A stretch of DNA of 64,000 nucleotides from Bacteroidales bacterium (GTDB taxonomy: Bacteria; Bacteroidota; Bacteroidia; Bacteroidales; DTU049), in assembly GCA_026418905.1 (NCBI GenBank), contig JAOAAK010000036.1, forward strand, positions 1,163-65,162, written 5' to 3'. Position 1 is the first letter of the stretch; each line of letters begins with the position of its first letter. The position numbers were made by a program, and so were the translations under genes. Under the pieces are notes generated by a model. That model was not told the origin of the DNA, did no database searches, and was given only the letters and a program-made list of their open reading frames with translations. This document shows positions 1 through 10,494 of this stretch, piece after piece.

Positions 1-1
1 A

Positions 2-397
2 GAAACTTTTTCTGGCTACATGCAAAACCAAATTTTTTATTTTCCTTACCCACAATTAAACCTCATCTTTAAAACAAATGATGCAGTTAACAAGGATGGT
101 TTTCTGATATATTATTCTGCTTCCTTCGCTGGAATGAATGAAAAAGAACCTTGGTCCATACGCTATTGGTTTAGTGACCATCAAACAATTGAAGTTTTTT
201 TGAAGAACCTTCCTTCAGGACCATATCAACTTTACATTTGTGATGTTACAGGAAGAACAACAGGCAATTTCTTTCTCCATATAAATTCTCCTGAATCTCA
301 TTATAGTTTCCCTTCTAACCTGAAACCAGGAGTTTATTTTATGCGCCTAGAAAATGAAAATTTTAGGTGGGATACAAAAATTATGATTGCACGTTAA
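2..397 (+). CDS. C-terminal fragment of a secreted protein ending in a T9SS type-A C-terminal sorting domain (5' end outside window)
   Basis: The reading frame is open from position 2 with no stop before the ATG at 20. The tail GPYQLYICDVTGR...GVYFMRLENENFRWDTKIMI has the pattern of Por/T9SS sorting domains. Confidence 0.6.
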   Translation, partial: ETFSGYMQNQIFYFPYPQLNLIFKTNDAVNKDGFLIYYSASFAGMNEKEPWSIRYWFSDHQTIEVFLKNLPSGPYQLYICDVTGRTTGNFFLHINSPESHYSFPSNLKPGVYFMRLENENFRWDTKIMIAR

Positions 398-1574
398 CTA
401 CTGAAAGTGCTTGATCGAGGTCAGAAATTAGGTCGTCCACATCTTCAATACCTACTGAAAGGCGCACTAAGCCATCGGTGATAAAGGCAGCTTTTTTGGC
501 TTCAGGAGAAACAGATGCATGGGTCATCGAAGCAGGATGTTGTATTAGACTTTCTACCCCTCCTAACGACACAGCAAGCAAAATAAGCTTCACAGAGTTC
601 ATGAGTTGAACACCAGCCTCGTAGCCTCCTTTTAATTCAAAGCTAATCATACTTCCGGGGCCTTTCATTTGCTTTCTGGCTAGTTCATACTGTGGATGTG
701 AGGTCAAACCTGGATACATAACTTTTTCAACTTTGGGGTGATTGTTAAGATATTCGGCAATTTTGATGGCATTTTCTTGTGCTTTTTCCATGCGTAATTT
801 AAGAGTTTTTAAGCCACGGATGATTAAAAAAGCTTGATGAGGATCCATATTAAAACCGAGAGTTACCATAGTTTTTCGAAGTTTTTCATAGAGTTCTTGG
901 GTCTTTGTTACGATAACTCCTCCCACCACATCGGCATGACCATTAATATATTTGGTTAAAGAGTGTAACACCACATCAGCACCAAGTTCCAAAGGTGTTT
1001 GTAAAATTGGGCTGCAAAAAGTATTATCGACCACCAAAATCAATTTTTTCTTTCTAGTGATTTCTGATATTGCTTCAATATCACTTATTTCCATTGTTGG
1101 ATTTGCTGGGGTTTCAAGATATATGAGCTTTGTGTTAGGTCGAATAGCTTGTTCGATAGCATCCAATTGTGAAGTATTTACAAAAGTGCCTTCAATTCCC
1201 CACCTAGAAAGATAACTTTCCATTAAAACACGAGAAGCACCATATAAAGCTGAAGTGCTTACAAAATGATCGCCTTGCGATAACAAACTCAGCATGACAG
1301 TTGAAACAGCTCCCATACCAGAACTGCAAGCAATTCCACCATAACCCTTTTCAAGCAAAGCCATCTGTCGCTCAAAAGTCTCTATAGTTGGATTTCCAAT
1401 TCTAGTATATATAAAACCTTTTTCTTTGCCAGCAAAAAGGTCAGCACCATGCTGGGCATCTCTAAATCGAAAAGTTGATGTCTGATAAATAGGTGTGACA
1501 GCACTACCAAAGGTATCATCTAGCTCAGCTCCGTGAATGAGCTGGGTATCAACTTTGAATTTTGCTGCATCCAT
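381..1574 (-). CDS. Cys/Met-metabolism PLP enzyme, methionine gamma-lyase-like
   Basis: 397 aa. N-terminal TPIYQTSTFRF and the PLP-lysine motif SLTKYINGHADVVGG are typical of the trans-sulfuration / gamma-lyase family. Confidence 0.85.
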   Translation of the reverse strand: MDAAKFKVDTQLIHGAELDDTFGSAVTPIYQTSTFRFRDAQHGADLFAGKEKGFIYTRIGNPTIETFERQMALLEKGYGGIACSSGMGAVSTVMLSLLSQGDHFVSTSALYGASRVLMESYLSRWGIEGTFVNTSQLDAIEQAIRPNTKLIYLETPANPTMEISDIEAISEITRKKKLILVVDNTFCSPILQTPLELGADVVLHSLTKYINGHADVVGGVIVTKTQELYEKLRKTMVTLGFNMDPHQAFLIIRGLKTLKLRMEKAQENAIKIAEYLNNHPKVEKVMYPGLTSHPQYELARKQMKGPGSMISFELKGGYEAGVQLMNSVKLILLAVSLGGVESLIQHPASMTHASVSPEAKKAAFITDGLVRLSVGIEDVDDLISDLDQALSVVNVQS

Positions 1575-1582
1575 TTTTTCAA

Positions 1583-1590
1583 CAAAACTA
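1583..1590 (-). promoter_or_regulatory. Bacteroidota-type -7 promoter box (TAnnTTTG) for the gamma-lyase-like gene
   Basis: The minus strand reads TAGTTTTG, 8 nt upstream of the ATG at 1574. Confidence 0.3.
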
Positions 1591-1615
1591 CAATTTTACA
1601 TGGATTCAAATTATG

Positions 1616-1623
1616 TACCTTTG
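1616..1623 (+). promoter_or_regulatory. Bacteroidota-type -7 promoter box for the thioesterase-coaD unit
   Basis: TACCTTTG, 12 nt upstream of the ATG at 1636. Confidence 0.3.
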
Positions 1624-1635
1624 TAAAAAAACAAC

Positions 1636-2103
1636 ATGAAATTTATTCGAAATCCTTTTGTTGAACTAAGCGGATATAACTGTTTTGGCTGCTCACCAAC
1701 GAATCCGATGGGCTTAAAAATGCAATTCCACTTGGATGGAGATTATGTCATAAGTAAATGGACGCCTCATTCACATTATCAGGGGTGGTACCATATTCTT
1801 CACGGAGGCATACAAGCCTCCTTGATGGATGAAATTGCCAGCTGGGTGGTATTTGTCAAAGTAGGCTCCTCAGGAGTTACACAACATATGGAAATAGAAT
1901 ACAAAAAACCTGTGCCGATCAAGCATCCCATTGTTCTTAAAGCCACATTAAAATATTTTGAAAATCCCAGAGCCGTCATCCAAGTTGAGTTATATTCTCA
2001 AGAAGAATTGTGTACCACTGGAATTTTTACCTATTTTGTATATCCTTTCGAATTTGCTAAGAAAAAATTTTATTACCCAGGAATAGAAGCTTTTTTCGAA
2101 TGA
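1636..2103 (+). CDS. PaaI-like hotdog-fold thioesterase
   Basis: 155 aa. The N-terminal CFGCSPTNPMGLKMQF followed by HGGIQASLMDE resembles PaaI/4HBT-type thioesterases. Confidence 0.7.
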   Translation: MKFIRNPFVELSGYNCFGCSPTNPMGLKMQFHLDGDYVISKWTPHSHYQGWYHILHGGIQASLMDEIASWVVFVKVGSSGVTQHMEIEYKKPVPIKHPIVLKATLKYFENPRAVIQVELYSQEELCTTGIFTYFVYPFEFAKKKFYYPGIEAFFE

Positions 2104-2115
2104 AATTTATTTAAC

Positions 2116-2601
2116 ATGGATAGAATAGCCGTTTTTCCAGGTACGTTTGATCCCATCACAATTGGCCATGAAGCAACCATTCGTCAGTTTCTGCCCCTCT
2201 TTGATAAAATATACGTAGCCATAGGCAATAATCCGGAGAAAAAAACATATTTTCCGTTAAAAAAGCGCCTAGAGTGGCTTAAGATCGTTTTCGAAGACGA
2301 ACCTAAAATTGAAGTAGACTATTACAACGGACTGACAGTGGATTTTTGCAAACAAAAAAACGCACGTTATATTTTACGTGGTTTACGAACCTCAGAAGAC
2401 TTTGAATACGAACGAAGAATTGCTCAAGTCAACCGTATGCTTTCCCCTGAAGTGGAAGTCCTTTTTATTCTTACAAAACCCGAACATACATCCATCAATT
2501 CAGGTGTTGTTAGGGAAATTCACCGCAGCGGAGGTGATATATCACAATTTGTCCCAGCAAAAATTGTTCATTTAATTCAGACATATAAGGAAGAGAAATG
2601 A
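2116..2601 (+). CDS. coaD: phosphopantetheine adenylyltransferase
   Basis: 161 aa. It has FPGTFDPITIGH (the nucleotidyltransferase H/TxGH motif) and a conserved RGLR..DFEYE segment. Confidence 0.95.
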   Translation: MDRIAVFPGTFDPITIGHEATIRQFLPLFDKIYVAIGNNPEKKTYFPLKKRLEWLKIVFEDEPKIEVDYYNGLTVDFCKQKNARYILRGLRTSEDFEYERRIAQVNRMLSPEVEVLFILTKPEHTSINSGVVREIHRSGGDISQFVPAKIVHLIQTYKEEK

Positions 2602-4043
2602 AAAAACTTTTCAACCTGATTATTTTCTCATTCTTGATTATATCGCATTTGCATGGGGCAAAAACTACCATCGAAGGATATGCCCCAGGGGGTGAAGGCT
2701 TGCAAATCCGTCTATATGAATACGAAGACTTGATTTCTTTTAAGGAAAAATTGCTAGGTATCTGCACCATCGACTCGTTGGGAAATTTTTCTTTTTCTGT
2801 TCAACTTTTTCAGAACGAAGTCAAGATGGTTTTTTTTCGTATCATGTATTTTCAAACCATTTATTTTTTTATAGAAGCTAACAAAAACTATCAAATAAAA
2901 TTAGATAGTTTCTATTACCGAGACCCCTTGCGGATTCACATTCCTATACACTCAAAAATTGAATTATCTCTACAAATTGAAAATATTCCAGATACAGACA
3001 TTAACATTTTGATAGCTTCACTTCAGATGGATTACGAAAAATACGTCGAACAAATTTTATCAGCAGGAAGAGATCTAAAATACAATTATTCATTCAAGCA
3101 TTCTCAACCTTCAGATGTCAAAAAAATCGCTGATTCACTAATCTATAAATACAGTTCATATGCTAACCCCTATTTCAAAAATTTTCTTACTTATACCATT
3201 GCAAATCTCTATCTTGTTTCACGTATATACAATAAAAAATCTCTTTACACTGAATTTCTGTACAACAAACCCTTCCTCTATAACCACCCTGCCTATATGG
3301 ATTTCTTTTCTAATATGTTTGAAGATTACTTAGTCAATGAATCCAAAAAAGTACGTTTTTCTGATCTCGACAAGCACGTTAACAAAAAAGTAAATTATCT
3401 TGCTTTGTTAGATTCGATTGGCCGAGATACTCTTTTAAAAAATGAGATCATCAGGGAGATGGTTCTCATACTTAATTCAAAAAAATGGTATACTTCCCCT
3501 GGCCTTTATTTCAAGCAGGATTCCGTATTAAAACTCCTTAAGCTTCAAGCTAAATTAACGAGGTTTGATATTCATACTCGTATTATTCAAAACCTTATTT
3601 TTATGCTTACACGCTACAACGAAGGTAAAGACCTACCACCTTTTAAGTTTATGTCACTCAACAAAAAACCATTTACGAATGATTCATTATTGGGAAAATA
3701 CAATTATTTCATATTCTTTGTTACTTGGAGCAAAGCATGTTTGCAACACTTGAAAGCAGCTGAAGCTATACAAAAAAAATGGCAAGATAGTTTACAAGTC
3801 ATACCCGTTAGTGTCGATTTGGAACCTATTACCGTACACTTTTTTGCAAAGGATAAAAAATTAAATCTCAATTTTTACCATTTTAATGACGATTATTTAG
3901 CCCTTGAACAACTTTCGGTCAAATCTTACCCACAATGCATGTTCATCGATAAAGACGGTAAAATTATTCGTCACGCTGCCCCATGTCCAGGTGATGGTTT
4001 TGAATTGTATCTGAATAAATTTTTTGAAAAGAAAAATAAATAA
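2598..4043 (+). CDS. secreted thioredoxin-fold (TlpA-like) protein with a degenerate SxxC active site
   Basis: 481 aa with a signal peptide. The C-terminal ~110 aa look thioredoxin-like (YFIFFVTWSKACLQHL ... SYPQCMFIDKDGKII). WSKAC occupies the place of WCxxC. There is a 4-nt ATGA overlap with coaD. Confidence 0.6.
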   Translation: MKKLFNLIIFSFLIISHLHGAKTTIEGYAPGGEGLQIRLYEYEDLISFKEKLLGICTIDSLGNFSFSVQLFQNEVKMVFFRIMYFQTIYFFIEANKNYQIKLDSFYYRDPLRIHIPIHSKIELSLQIENIPDTDINILIASLQMDYEKYVEQILSAGRDLKYNYSFKHSQPSDVKKIADSLIYKYSSYANPYFKNFLTYTIANLYLVSRIYNKKSLYTEFLYNKPFLYNHPAYMDFFSNMFEDYLVNESKKVRFSDLDKHVNKKVNYLALLDSIGRDTLLKNEIIREMVLILNSKKWYTSPGLYFKQDSVLKLLKLQAKLTRFDIHTRIIQNLIFMLTRYNEGKDLPPFKFMSLNKKPFTNDSLLGKYNYFIFFVTWSKACLQHLKAAEAIQKKWQDSLQVIPVSVDLEPITVHFFAKDKKLNLNFYHFNDDYLALEQLSVKSYPQCMFIDKDGKIIRHAAPCPGDGFELYLNKFFEKKNK

Positions 4044-4046
4044 GGA

Positions 4047-5066
4047 TTATTTCTTTTTAAGCACCTGTTTAAGAGCTTGTTGATATTTTCTTGCATTGAC
4101 GGCATGTTCTGCAGCTGTTCTAGCAAAGCGGTGATAACCCGAAAAATCTTCACGAGCACAGAAAAACAAATAATCATGTTTCTCATAGTTTAATACAGCT
4201 TCAATAGCTGAAAATGAAGGCTGACGAATAGGTCCTGGTGGTAATCCGTAATTCAAATATGTGTTGTACGGACTATTAATCTCTAAATGTCTCTTTAAAA
4301 CACGTTTCATTGAAAAATCTCCCCAAGCATAAACGACAGTTGGATCAGCTTCAAGTTTCATTCCTTTGTGAAGGCGATTGATATAAACGCCAGCAATTTT
4401 GGCCATTTCATCGGTTTGTGATGTTTCTGCATCAACAATAGATGCCAAAATCATAACTTCCACAGGACTTAAACCAATTGCTTTGGCTTTGTTAGTTCTT
4501 TCTTGATTCCAAAATTGAAAAAATTCTTTTCTTAACCTCTCGAAAAAAGCTTTCACGGATATCGTCCAATAAAATTCATAGGTAAATGGCAAAAAAATAA
4601 CACGGATGTTTTCAGTCGTGAAACCCAATCTTGTACAAAAAGTATCATTCCTTAACATCAGCAATAATGAATCCTTACCAAAAAGAAATTTATGACCAAT
4701 TTTAGCAACTAAGTCTTCATTGGTTCTAAAGATTGGTATAGTAAATTGAAATGGTTCTTGATTACCTGACACAAACATGTTTATAAGCTCATTAATGCTC
4801 ATTCCATTACGAATCGCATACCTACCTACTTTGATCCTAGCAGAAAATTTTTTGTATTTAGCAACCAAATCAAAAATTTGCACATGCTTTAAATGACATT
4901 TTTTAATGAGAGTATCTCGAATGGATGAATAATCTTGGCCAGGATAAACGTAAACGATTTTTTTTTCTTCGACGTCAACAGCAGAACTAATAAAAACGAT
5001 ATAATAAGCATAAAAAACAAACCCCATCAAAAGAAAAACAAGAAATAACAAGTAATATCTTTTCAT
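4047..5066 (-). CDS. mltG: endolytic murein transglycosylase MltG (YceG family)
   Basis: 339 aa with an N-terminal TM helix. It has ASIVDAET...GVYINRL and SPYNTYLNYGLPPGPI motifs. Confidence 0.9.
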   Translation of the reverse strand: MKRYYLLFLVFLLMGFVFYAYYIVFISSAVDVEEKKIVYVYPGQDYSSIRDTLIKKCHLKHVQIFDLVAKYKKFSARIKVGRYAIRNGMSINELINMFVSGNQEPFQFTIPIFRTNEDLVAKIGHKFLFGKDSLLLMLRNDTFCTRLGFTTENIRVIFLPFTYEFYWTISVKAFFERLRKEFFQFWNQERTNKAKAIGLSPVEVMILASIVDAETSQTDEMAKIAGVYINRLHKGMKLEADPTVVYAWGDFSMKRVLKRHLEINSPYNTYLNYGLPPGPIRQPSFSAIEAVLNYEKHDYLFFCAREDFSGYHRFARTAAEHAVNARKYQQALKQVLKKK

Positions 5067-5860
5067 AGGTTATTGCTTTCACTTTCAAATAATTCAATCA
5101 TTCCAACCAATTCTACAGGACCCTTAAGCATGAGTTTTGTGGGAAAGCAAGTTACTTCAAATTCTCCTCCAGGTGCATGAATCCTTATTTGGTTCTCAGA
5201 ATACCACCCAAGTTCATGAGCAAGCCATGCAGCAGCTGATACACCCGTCCCACACGAAAGGGTTTCCCCTTCCACACCCCGCTCATAAGTACGTATTCTT
5301 ATTTTGTCGAACTGAATGTCAACAAAATTGACATTTACACCACCTGGTGCCAAATCCTCTCTAAAACGATACTTCAAAGCTTCTTCTTTAATGTTCACTT
5401 TAGAAACATCCTCAACCCTCAAAATTATGTGAGGAACACCAGTATCTATTAACCATGAATTCGAATCAATCTCCCGTATGGAGGAATGAATATAAATATC
5501 AACCTCTATTTGATACTCTGGAAAAGTAATTGCTCTCAAAAATCCTTCATGAAGTCCGTCATCGGTCTCGAATGAACACCTTTGTCCATTAAATAATCGG
5601 TAATAATGGGCAAAAGCTACTGCGCATCGTGCTCCATTCGCGCACATAATAGCACGACTACCATCAGAATTGAAATATTCCATCTTAAAATCTGCTACTT
5701 CTGATGGTCTTATTACAATCAACCCATCTGCACCAACACCCTTATGCCTATCACAAAGTTTTTTAATTGTTTTTTCATCCCACCAAATGCAATTATTCCT
5801 ATCATCCAACAAAATAAAATCATTTCCTGCCCCATGAGCTTTGATAAGTCTAATCGTCAT
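5063..5860 (-). CDS. dapF: diaminopimelate epimerase
   Basis: 265 aa. It has GAGNDFILLDD and the two catalytic Cys contexts MCANGARC and LSCGTG. Confidence 0.95.
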   Translation of the reverse strand: MTIRLIKAHGAGNDFILLDDRNNCIWWDEKTIKKLCDRHKGVGADGLIVIRPSEVADFKMEYFNSDGSRAIMCANGARCAVAFAHYYRLFNGQRCSFETDDGLHEGFLRAITFPEYQIEVDIYIHSSIREIDSNSWLIDTGVPHIILRVEDVSKVNIKEEALKYRFREDLAPGGVNVNFVDIQFDKIRIRTYERGVEGETLSCGTGVSAAAWLAHELGWYSENQIRIHAPGGEFEVTCFPTKLMLKGPVELVGMIELFESESNNL

Positions 5861-5862
5861 GA

Positions 5863-6582
5863 TTATTGAATTTCATTAAGCCAATTTGCTTGAAAAGGCA
5901 GATCGAAATTTCTAAATTGAGGTGAAGGTTTTACGTAAACCCACTGGTTACTTATCTTAAGTAAGATTCCATTTTCAAAGAAAAACATTTTGTTCACATA
6001 ATTTTTCTGAATTCCATACAGCATTAAAATTGGTGGAATATACTTATAGCCCGTCAAATTAAAAGGTGATTGCCAAAATTCCAGATAAGTAGCATTCCTG
6101 ACAGGATCTTTAATGATTTTTACTAGTGTATCTTGAGAACTTTTGACATCTAGAACCAGCGTGGGAGTTTCAACTTTTTCTCTCTCAATCAACTTTTCTT
6201 GAAGAATGTGAAAAGTATCCTGTGATGCTATTTTCAATTTTACATATTCCATTTTGATGAGAGAGTCGATCCATCCGGAGTCCATTTCTCTATATGCGGG
6301 ATTGGAAATGATTCTTTGCCACATTTCCCAATAGAAGGCGGAATCGACTTTTATGTTTTTTGCCAAAATGAGAAGTGAATCCTGATCATATCTTAAGCTA
6401 TCTTTTGCAACAGGCTTAATAAAATTACCCGATGGATGAGACTTGTTTTCAATCATATAAAAACGCGGGATAAGTTCGATTACCATGTTTTTCTCTTCCA
6501 CAATCAGCAAATACAAGAATTCGGCTGATAAAACCAATGCTATCCCGAGCACTAGGCCAGCCCAGAATCTACCCTTTTTCAT
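5863..6582 (-). CDS. hypothetical membrane-anchored protein
   Basis: 239 aa with a single N-terminal TM helix (FWAGLVLGIALVLSAEFLYLLIV). No motif recognised. It lies 2 nt upstream of dapF on the same strand. Confidence 0.6.
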   Translation of the reverse strand: MKKGRFWAGLVLGIALVLSAEFLYLLIVEEKNMVIELIPRFYMIENKSHPSGNFIKPVAKDSLRYDQDSLLILAKNIKVDSAFYWEMWQRIISNPAYREMDSGWIDSLIKMEYVKLKIASQDTFHILQEKLIEREKVETPTLVLDVKSSQDTLVKIIKDPVRNATYLEFWQSPFNLTGYKYIPPILMLYGIQKNYVNKMFFFENGILLKISNQWVYVKPSPQFRNFDLPFQANWLNEIQ

Positions 6583-6611
6583 ACATCACGACAAAATGTC
6601 ATTTTTTTCTA

Positions 6612-6619
6612 CAAAAATA
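6612..6619 (-). promoter_or_regulatory. Bacteroidota-type -7 promoter box for the hypothetical-dapF-mltG unit
   Basis: The minus strand reads TATTTTTG, 29 nt upstream of the ATG at 6582. Confidence 0.35.
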
Positions 6620-6681
6620 TCATTTTCACAATTTTTGTAATAAAATACCAATGAAATCGTTAATGAGAAAAAATTATCACT

Positions 6682-8127
6682 ATGAAAGCAGTCAAATTTA
6701 TTGCATTCAGTATATTGGCTGGCTTCATTGGTGGATTCATCGCATATCATATTTTTACACATCAAAGTAAAATTCCAGCTTTAAATCCCAGCATTCCTGT
6801 TCAACCGGTACAATATTCAGAAGAAAGCAGAATTTCTACATTACCAGATTTCACTTATGCAGCCGAAATTGCTTTGCCTGCTGTTGTACACATTAAAACA
6901 TCATTTACAAAGACATTTACGTTTCAAGATGACTTTTTCTCACCTTTTTTTGATTATTTTGACATATCACCCAAATTACAGAGAGAGTTTCCCGCTCAGG
7001 GTACTGGTAGTGGAGTCATCATAACCAATGATGGATACATTCTTACCAATCACCATGTCATCAATAATGCTGAAAAAATTCTTGTCACACTCAATGATAA
7101 GAGAGAATTTGAGGCTCGACTAATAGGTTCAGATCCCAATACAGACCTGGCTTTACTAAAGATTGATGCCACCAATCTTCCATTCCTTACGTTCGGCAAT
7201 TCGGACCATGTGAAAGTTGGTCAATGGGTTTTAGCTGTAGGTAATCCTTTTAATCTTACATCTACCGTAACAGCCGGTATTGTCAGTGCTAAAGCTCGCA
7301 ATATTAACATTTTAAAATCCGCTTCTGCTATTGAATCATTCATTCAGACTGATGCTGCTGTTAATCCAGGCAACAGTGGTGGAGCCCTAGTAAATCCCAA
7401 CGGAGAACTTATAGGAATTATTACTGCTATTGCCACTCCTACAGGTGCATACGCTGGTTATTCTTTTGCTATTCCATCGAACATCGCAAGAAAAATTGCC
7501 CAAGATTTGATGGAATACGGCGTCGTTCAACGAGCATATTTTGGTGCCTCTATTGTCGAAGTCAACGCCGAATTAGCTAAAAAATTCGGACTTTCTAGCA
7601 CACAAGGTGTATACATCCAAGAAGTTTTTCCTGATGGTGCCGCTTATGATGCTGGTATAGATGCTGGTGACGTTATTCTGCAGGTCGATTCTGTCCAAAT
7701 AAATAATACATCTCAATTTCTGGAAATTATAGCCGAAAAAAGACCAGGTGATCGAATCAACGTGACGATATCACGGGGAAACAAAATTCTTCAAAAAAGT
7801 GTTACCCTTAAAAACCGTACAGGTCAAACTTCATATCTCAACAAAAATGCTGTCAACTCCATTTCATTGCTTGGAGCCACATTTGAACCAGCATCTCAAG
7901 AAGAGCTTAAGAAACTAAGACTCAATCATGGCATTCAGATTACAAAACTCAAGGATGGCATTCTCAAACGTATTGGCATTAAAGAAGGATTTATTATTAC
8001 TAAAATTAATCAAAAAGATATCATAACACTCGAGGATCTCGAACAATCACTTTCTCGATCTGGCGGTATCTTTATTGAAGGAGTTTATCCAAATGGAATG
8101 AGAGCATATTACGGTTTTGGATTATAA
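6682..8127 (+). CDS. HtrA/DegP/DegQ-family periplasmic serine protease with PDZ domain
   Basis: 481 aa. Catalytic triad contexts are TNHHV, DLALLKI and GNSGGALVN. The C-terminal part is PDZ-like. Confidence 0.93.
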   Translation: MKAVKFIAFSILAGFIGGFIAYHIFTHQSKIPALNPSIPVQPVQYSEESRISTLPDFTYAAEIALPAVVHIKTSFTKTFTFQDDFFSPFFDYFDISPKLQREFPAQGTGSGVIITNDGYILTNHHVINNAEKILVTLNDKREFEARLIGSDPNTDLALLKIDATNLPFLTFGNSDHVKVGQWVLAVGNPFNLTSTVTAGIVSAKARNINILKSASAIESFIQTDAAVNPGNSGGALVNPNGELIGIITAIATPTGAYAGYSFAIPSNIARKIAQDLMEYGVVQRAYFGASIVEVNAELAKKFGLSSTQGVYIQEVFPDGAAYDAGIDAGDVILQVDSVQINNTSQFLEIIAEKRPGDRINVTISRGNKILQKSVTLKNRTGQTSYLNKNAVNSISLLGATFEPASQEELKKLRLNHGIQITKLKDGILKRIGIKEGFIITKINQKDIITLEDLEQSLSRSGGIFIEGVYPNGMRAYYGFGL

Positions 8128-8198
8128 TATATATCATTACTTTTCTATTAAACTTTTTTCACTTTTTATCGTTTAATGTAATATAAAGCCACCCTGCC

Positions 8199-9062
8199 AT
8201 GAGACAATTAAAAATATCACGTTCCATTACCAACCGCGACGCTACGAGCATAGATCTTTATTTACAAGAGATAGGGAAAGAAGAACTTCTTTCTGTCGAA
8301 GAAGAAGTTCAACTTGCACAACGTATCCGACAAGGAGATATACAAGCTTTAAACAGACTTGTTAGAGCAAATCTTAGATTTGTAGTCTCCGTAGCAAAGC
8401 AATATCAAAATCAGGGTTTAAGTTTACAAGATCTTATTAATGAAGGTAACATTGGCCTAATTAAAGCAGCTTATAAATTTGATGAAACCAGAGGTTTTAA
8501 GTTCATTTCTTATGCTGTTTGGTGGATTCGCCAATCTATTCTTCAAGCTCTAGCGGAACAATCACGAATCGTCCGCATACCACTTAATCAAGTAAGTTCA
8601 CTCAACAAGCTCATTAAAGAAGCTTCTTATCTTGAACAAGCTTTCGAACGAAGTCCTTCAATTTCTGAACTTGCTGAATACCTTAAAATGCCCGAAGAAA
8701 GAGTCGCAGAAACAATTCGTTTAAGTGGTAAACATGTTTCTGTCGACGCTCCATTGCCTGAAGATGAAGAAACTACCATGATTGATCTCATGGAAAGCCA
8801 AGATTATGCCAAAACTGATCAAAGTCTCGATGAAGAAAGTTTAAAACTTGATATTGAACGGGCCCTTTCTACCTTAACAGAAAAAGAAAAGACGGTAATT
8901 AAAATGTTTTACGGAATTGACTATACTCATGCTCATACTCTTGAGGAAATTGCTGTAAAAATGAAAATCACCAAAGAGGGAGTCCGCCAAATTAAAGAAC
9001 GTGCAATTAAAAGGCTTAAGCAAAATCAACGAAGCAAAATTCTTAAAACATATCTAGGCTAA
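8199..9062 (+). CDS. rpoD: primary RNA polymerase sigma-70 factor (short Bacteroidota type)
   Basis: 287 aa. Region 2 reads [17 protein letters not shown]...[13 protein letters not shown] and region 4.2 reads [28 protein letters not shown]. Confidence 0.95.
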   Translation: MRQLKISRSITNRDATSIDLYLQEIGKEELLSVEEEVQLAQRIRQGDIQALNRLVRANLRFVVSVAKQYQNQGLSLQDLINEGNIGLIKAAYKFDETRGFKFISYAVWWIRQSILQALAEQSRIVRIPLNQVSSLNKLIKEASYLEQAFERSPSISELAEYLKMPEERVAETIRLSGKHVSVDAPLPEDEETTMIDLMESQDYAKTDQSLDEESLKLDIERALSTLTEKEKTVIKMFYGIDYTHAHTLEEIAVKMKITKEGVRQIKERAIKRLKQNQRSKILKTYLG

Positions 9063-10070
9063 GTCTCCAATAATTCTAACTTCAGGTTCCAATTCTACCT
9101 GAAACATTGTGAAAATTTTTTCTTGTATAAATTTTCCAAGTGAAAGTATTTCGCTTCCTGTAGCTTCGCCCAAATTTACAATCACTAAGGGTTGATCCTG
9201 ATGAATTTTAGCTCTTCCCATCGTATAGCCTTTTAATCCTGCTTTTTCAATAAGCCATGCAGCAGAAATTTTCACTTGGTTTAGCCTATCGTCGACAAAA
9301 CCCTGTAAATCAGGGTGTCTTTCCTTAAGCTGTTCAAATTTACTTCTATCAACCATTGGGTTTTTAAAAAAACTTCCAGCATTACCTAACACGTCGGGAT
9401 CTGGCAATTTATTTTTCCTAATCTCTATTACTGTATTTCTAACATCCATCGGTTCTGGCTTGACGATGTTCCTACGTAATAAAAAAGATTTCAAGGAAGG
9501 ATAGTCCAAATTGGGATGAAAATTTTTGTTCAGTCGGAAAACAACTTTTGTTATGATCCACTCGGGATGTTGCTGAAAAATACTTTGCCTGTAGGAAAAT
9601 ACAAGTTCATGACTATTCAGTTCCTTAAATGATTTTGAGTATACGTCGAAAAATCTAACCTTATGAATAAAAGGTCCTACTTCTACGCCGTAGGCACCAA
9701 TGTTCTGAATTGGTGCTGCCCCAACAGTACCAGGAATGAAAGAAAGATTTTCAAGACCATACCATCCAGAATACAGCGAGGTCAAAACCCATTTATCCCA
9801 ATCATAACCTGCATCTACACTAACTAAAACCTCTTCGTCTAATTCAGCCTCTACCGTATAAGAATTCGTTTTAAAATGAACGATCGTACCATCATAATCA
9901 CCAACAAAAAGAACATTACTTCCTTTTCCCAAAACCATCCAGCGATCGAACGTTTTTTCGAGTACGTCAGGTAATTCTTGTTCATTTTCAAGGATTATTA
10001 ATTCTCGTGCTCTGGAAGAAACACGAAAAGTCGTGTATTCCTTTAAATCTACATCATTCAACCGAATCAT
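9054..10070 (-). CDS. murB: UDP-N-acetylenolpyruvoylglucosamine reductase
   Basis: 338 aa. It has the FAD-binding segment LGKGSNVLF and [10 protein letters not shown]. Confidence 0.95.
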   Translation of the reverse strand: MIRLNDVDLKEYTTFRVSSRARELIILENEQELPDVLEKTFDRWMVLGKGSNVLFVGDYDGTIVHFKTNSYTVEAELDEEVLVSVDAGYDWDKWVLTSLYSGWYGLENLSFIPGTVGAAPIQNIGAYGVEVGPFIHKVRFFDVYSKSFKELNSHELVFSYRQSIFQQHPEWIITKVVFRLNKNFHPNLDYPSLKSFLLRRNIVKPEPMDVRNTVIEIRKNKLPDPDVLGNAGSFFKNPMVDRSKFEQLKERHPDLQGFVDDRLNQVKISAAWLIEKAGLKGYTMGRAKIHQDQPLVIVNLGEATGSEILSLGKFIQEKIFTMFQVELEPEVRIIGDLA

Positions 10071-10494
10071 TCTTTCGTATAGTAAAATGAAATGTTTTCT
10101 TCAATCCTGACCTTACAAAGTATAAAAATAAATAATATACTGTTGTAATGCCAACTGCTATTAACGCGGACATACCCTCATTAAAATAAAAGTGTTGCAA
10201 GAGGAAAAAAAACAACAATAAGAGCACCACAGGTATAATAAAAGACAAAACGACAGCCAGCAATGCCTTCCCTTCTGAGATAACTACCTCTACCTTATCA
10301 CCCGTTTTATAATTAACGGGGGCTTGTATTGGTATTTCTATATCCTGAACATTTCCATTCATGTTATGACAAGCATTTTTCACCTGACAGGTACCACAAG
10401 CCTCAGTTCTGATTAGGGAAACCACCACTTTTTCCGAGTCAACATATTTTATCACACCCGACTTACAAACTTCATTATTCATCGTCAGGATCAT
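10054..10494 (-). CDS. RseC/MucC-family membrane protein
   Basis: 146 aa. The N-terminal Cys motif is EACGTCQVKNAC, followed by two TM helices. Confidence 0.7.
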   Translation of the reverse strand: MILTMNNEVCKSGVIKYVDSEKVVVSLIRTEACGTCQVKNACHNMNGNVQDIEIPIQAPVNYKTGDKVEVVISEGKALLAVVLSFIIPVVLLLLFFFLLQHFYFNEGMSALIAVGITTVYYLFLYFVRSGLKKTFHFTIRKNDSVE

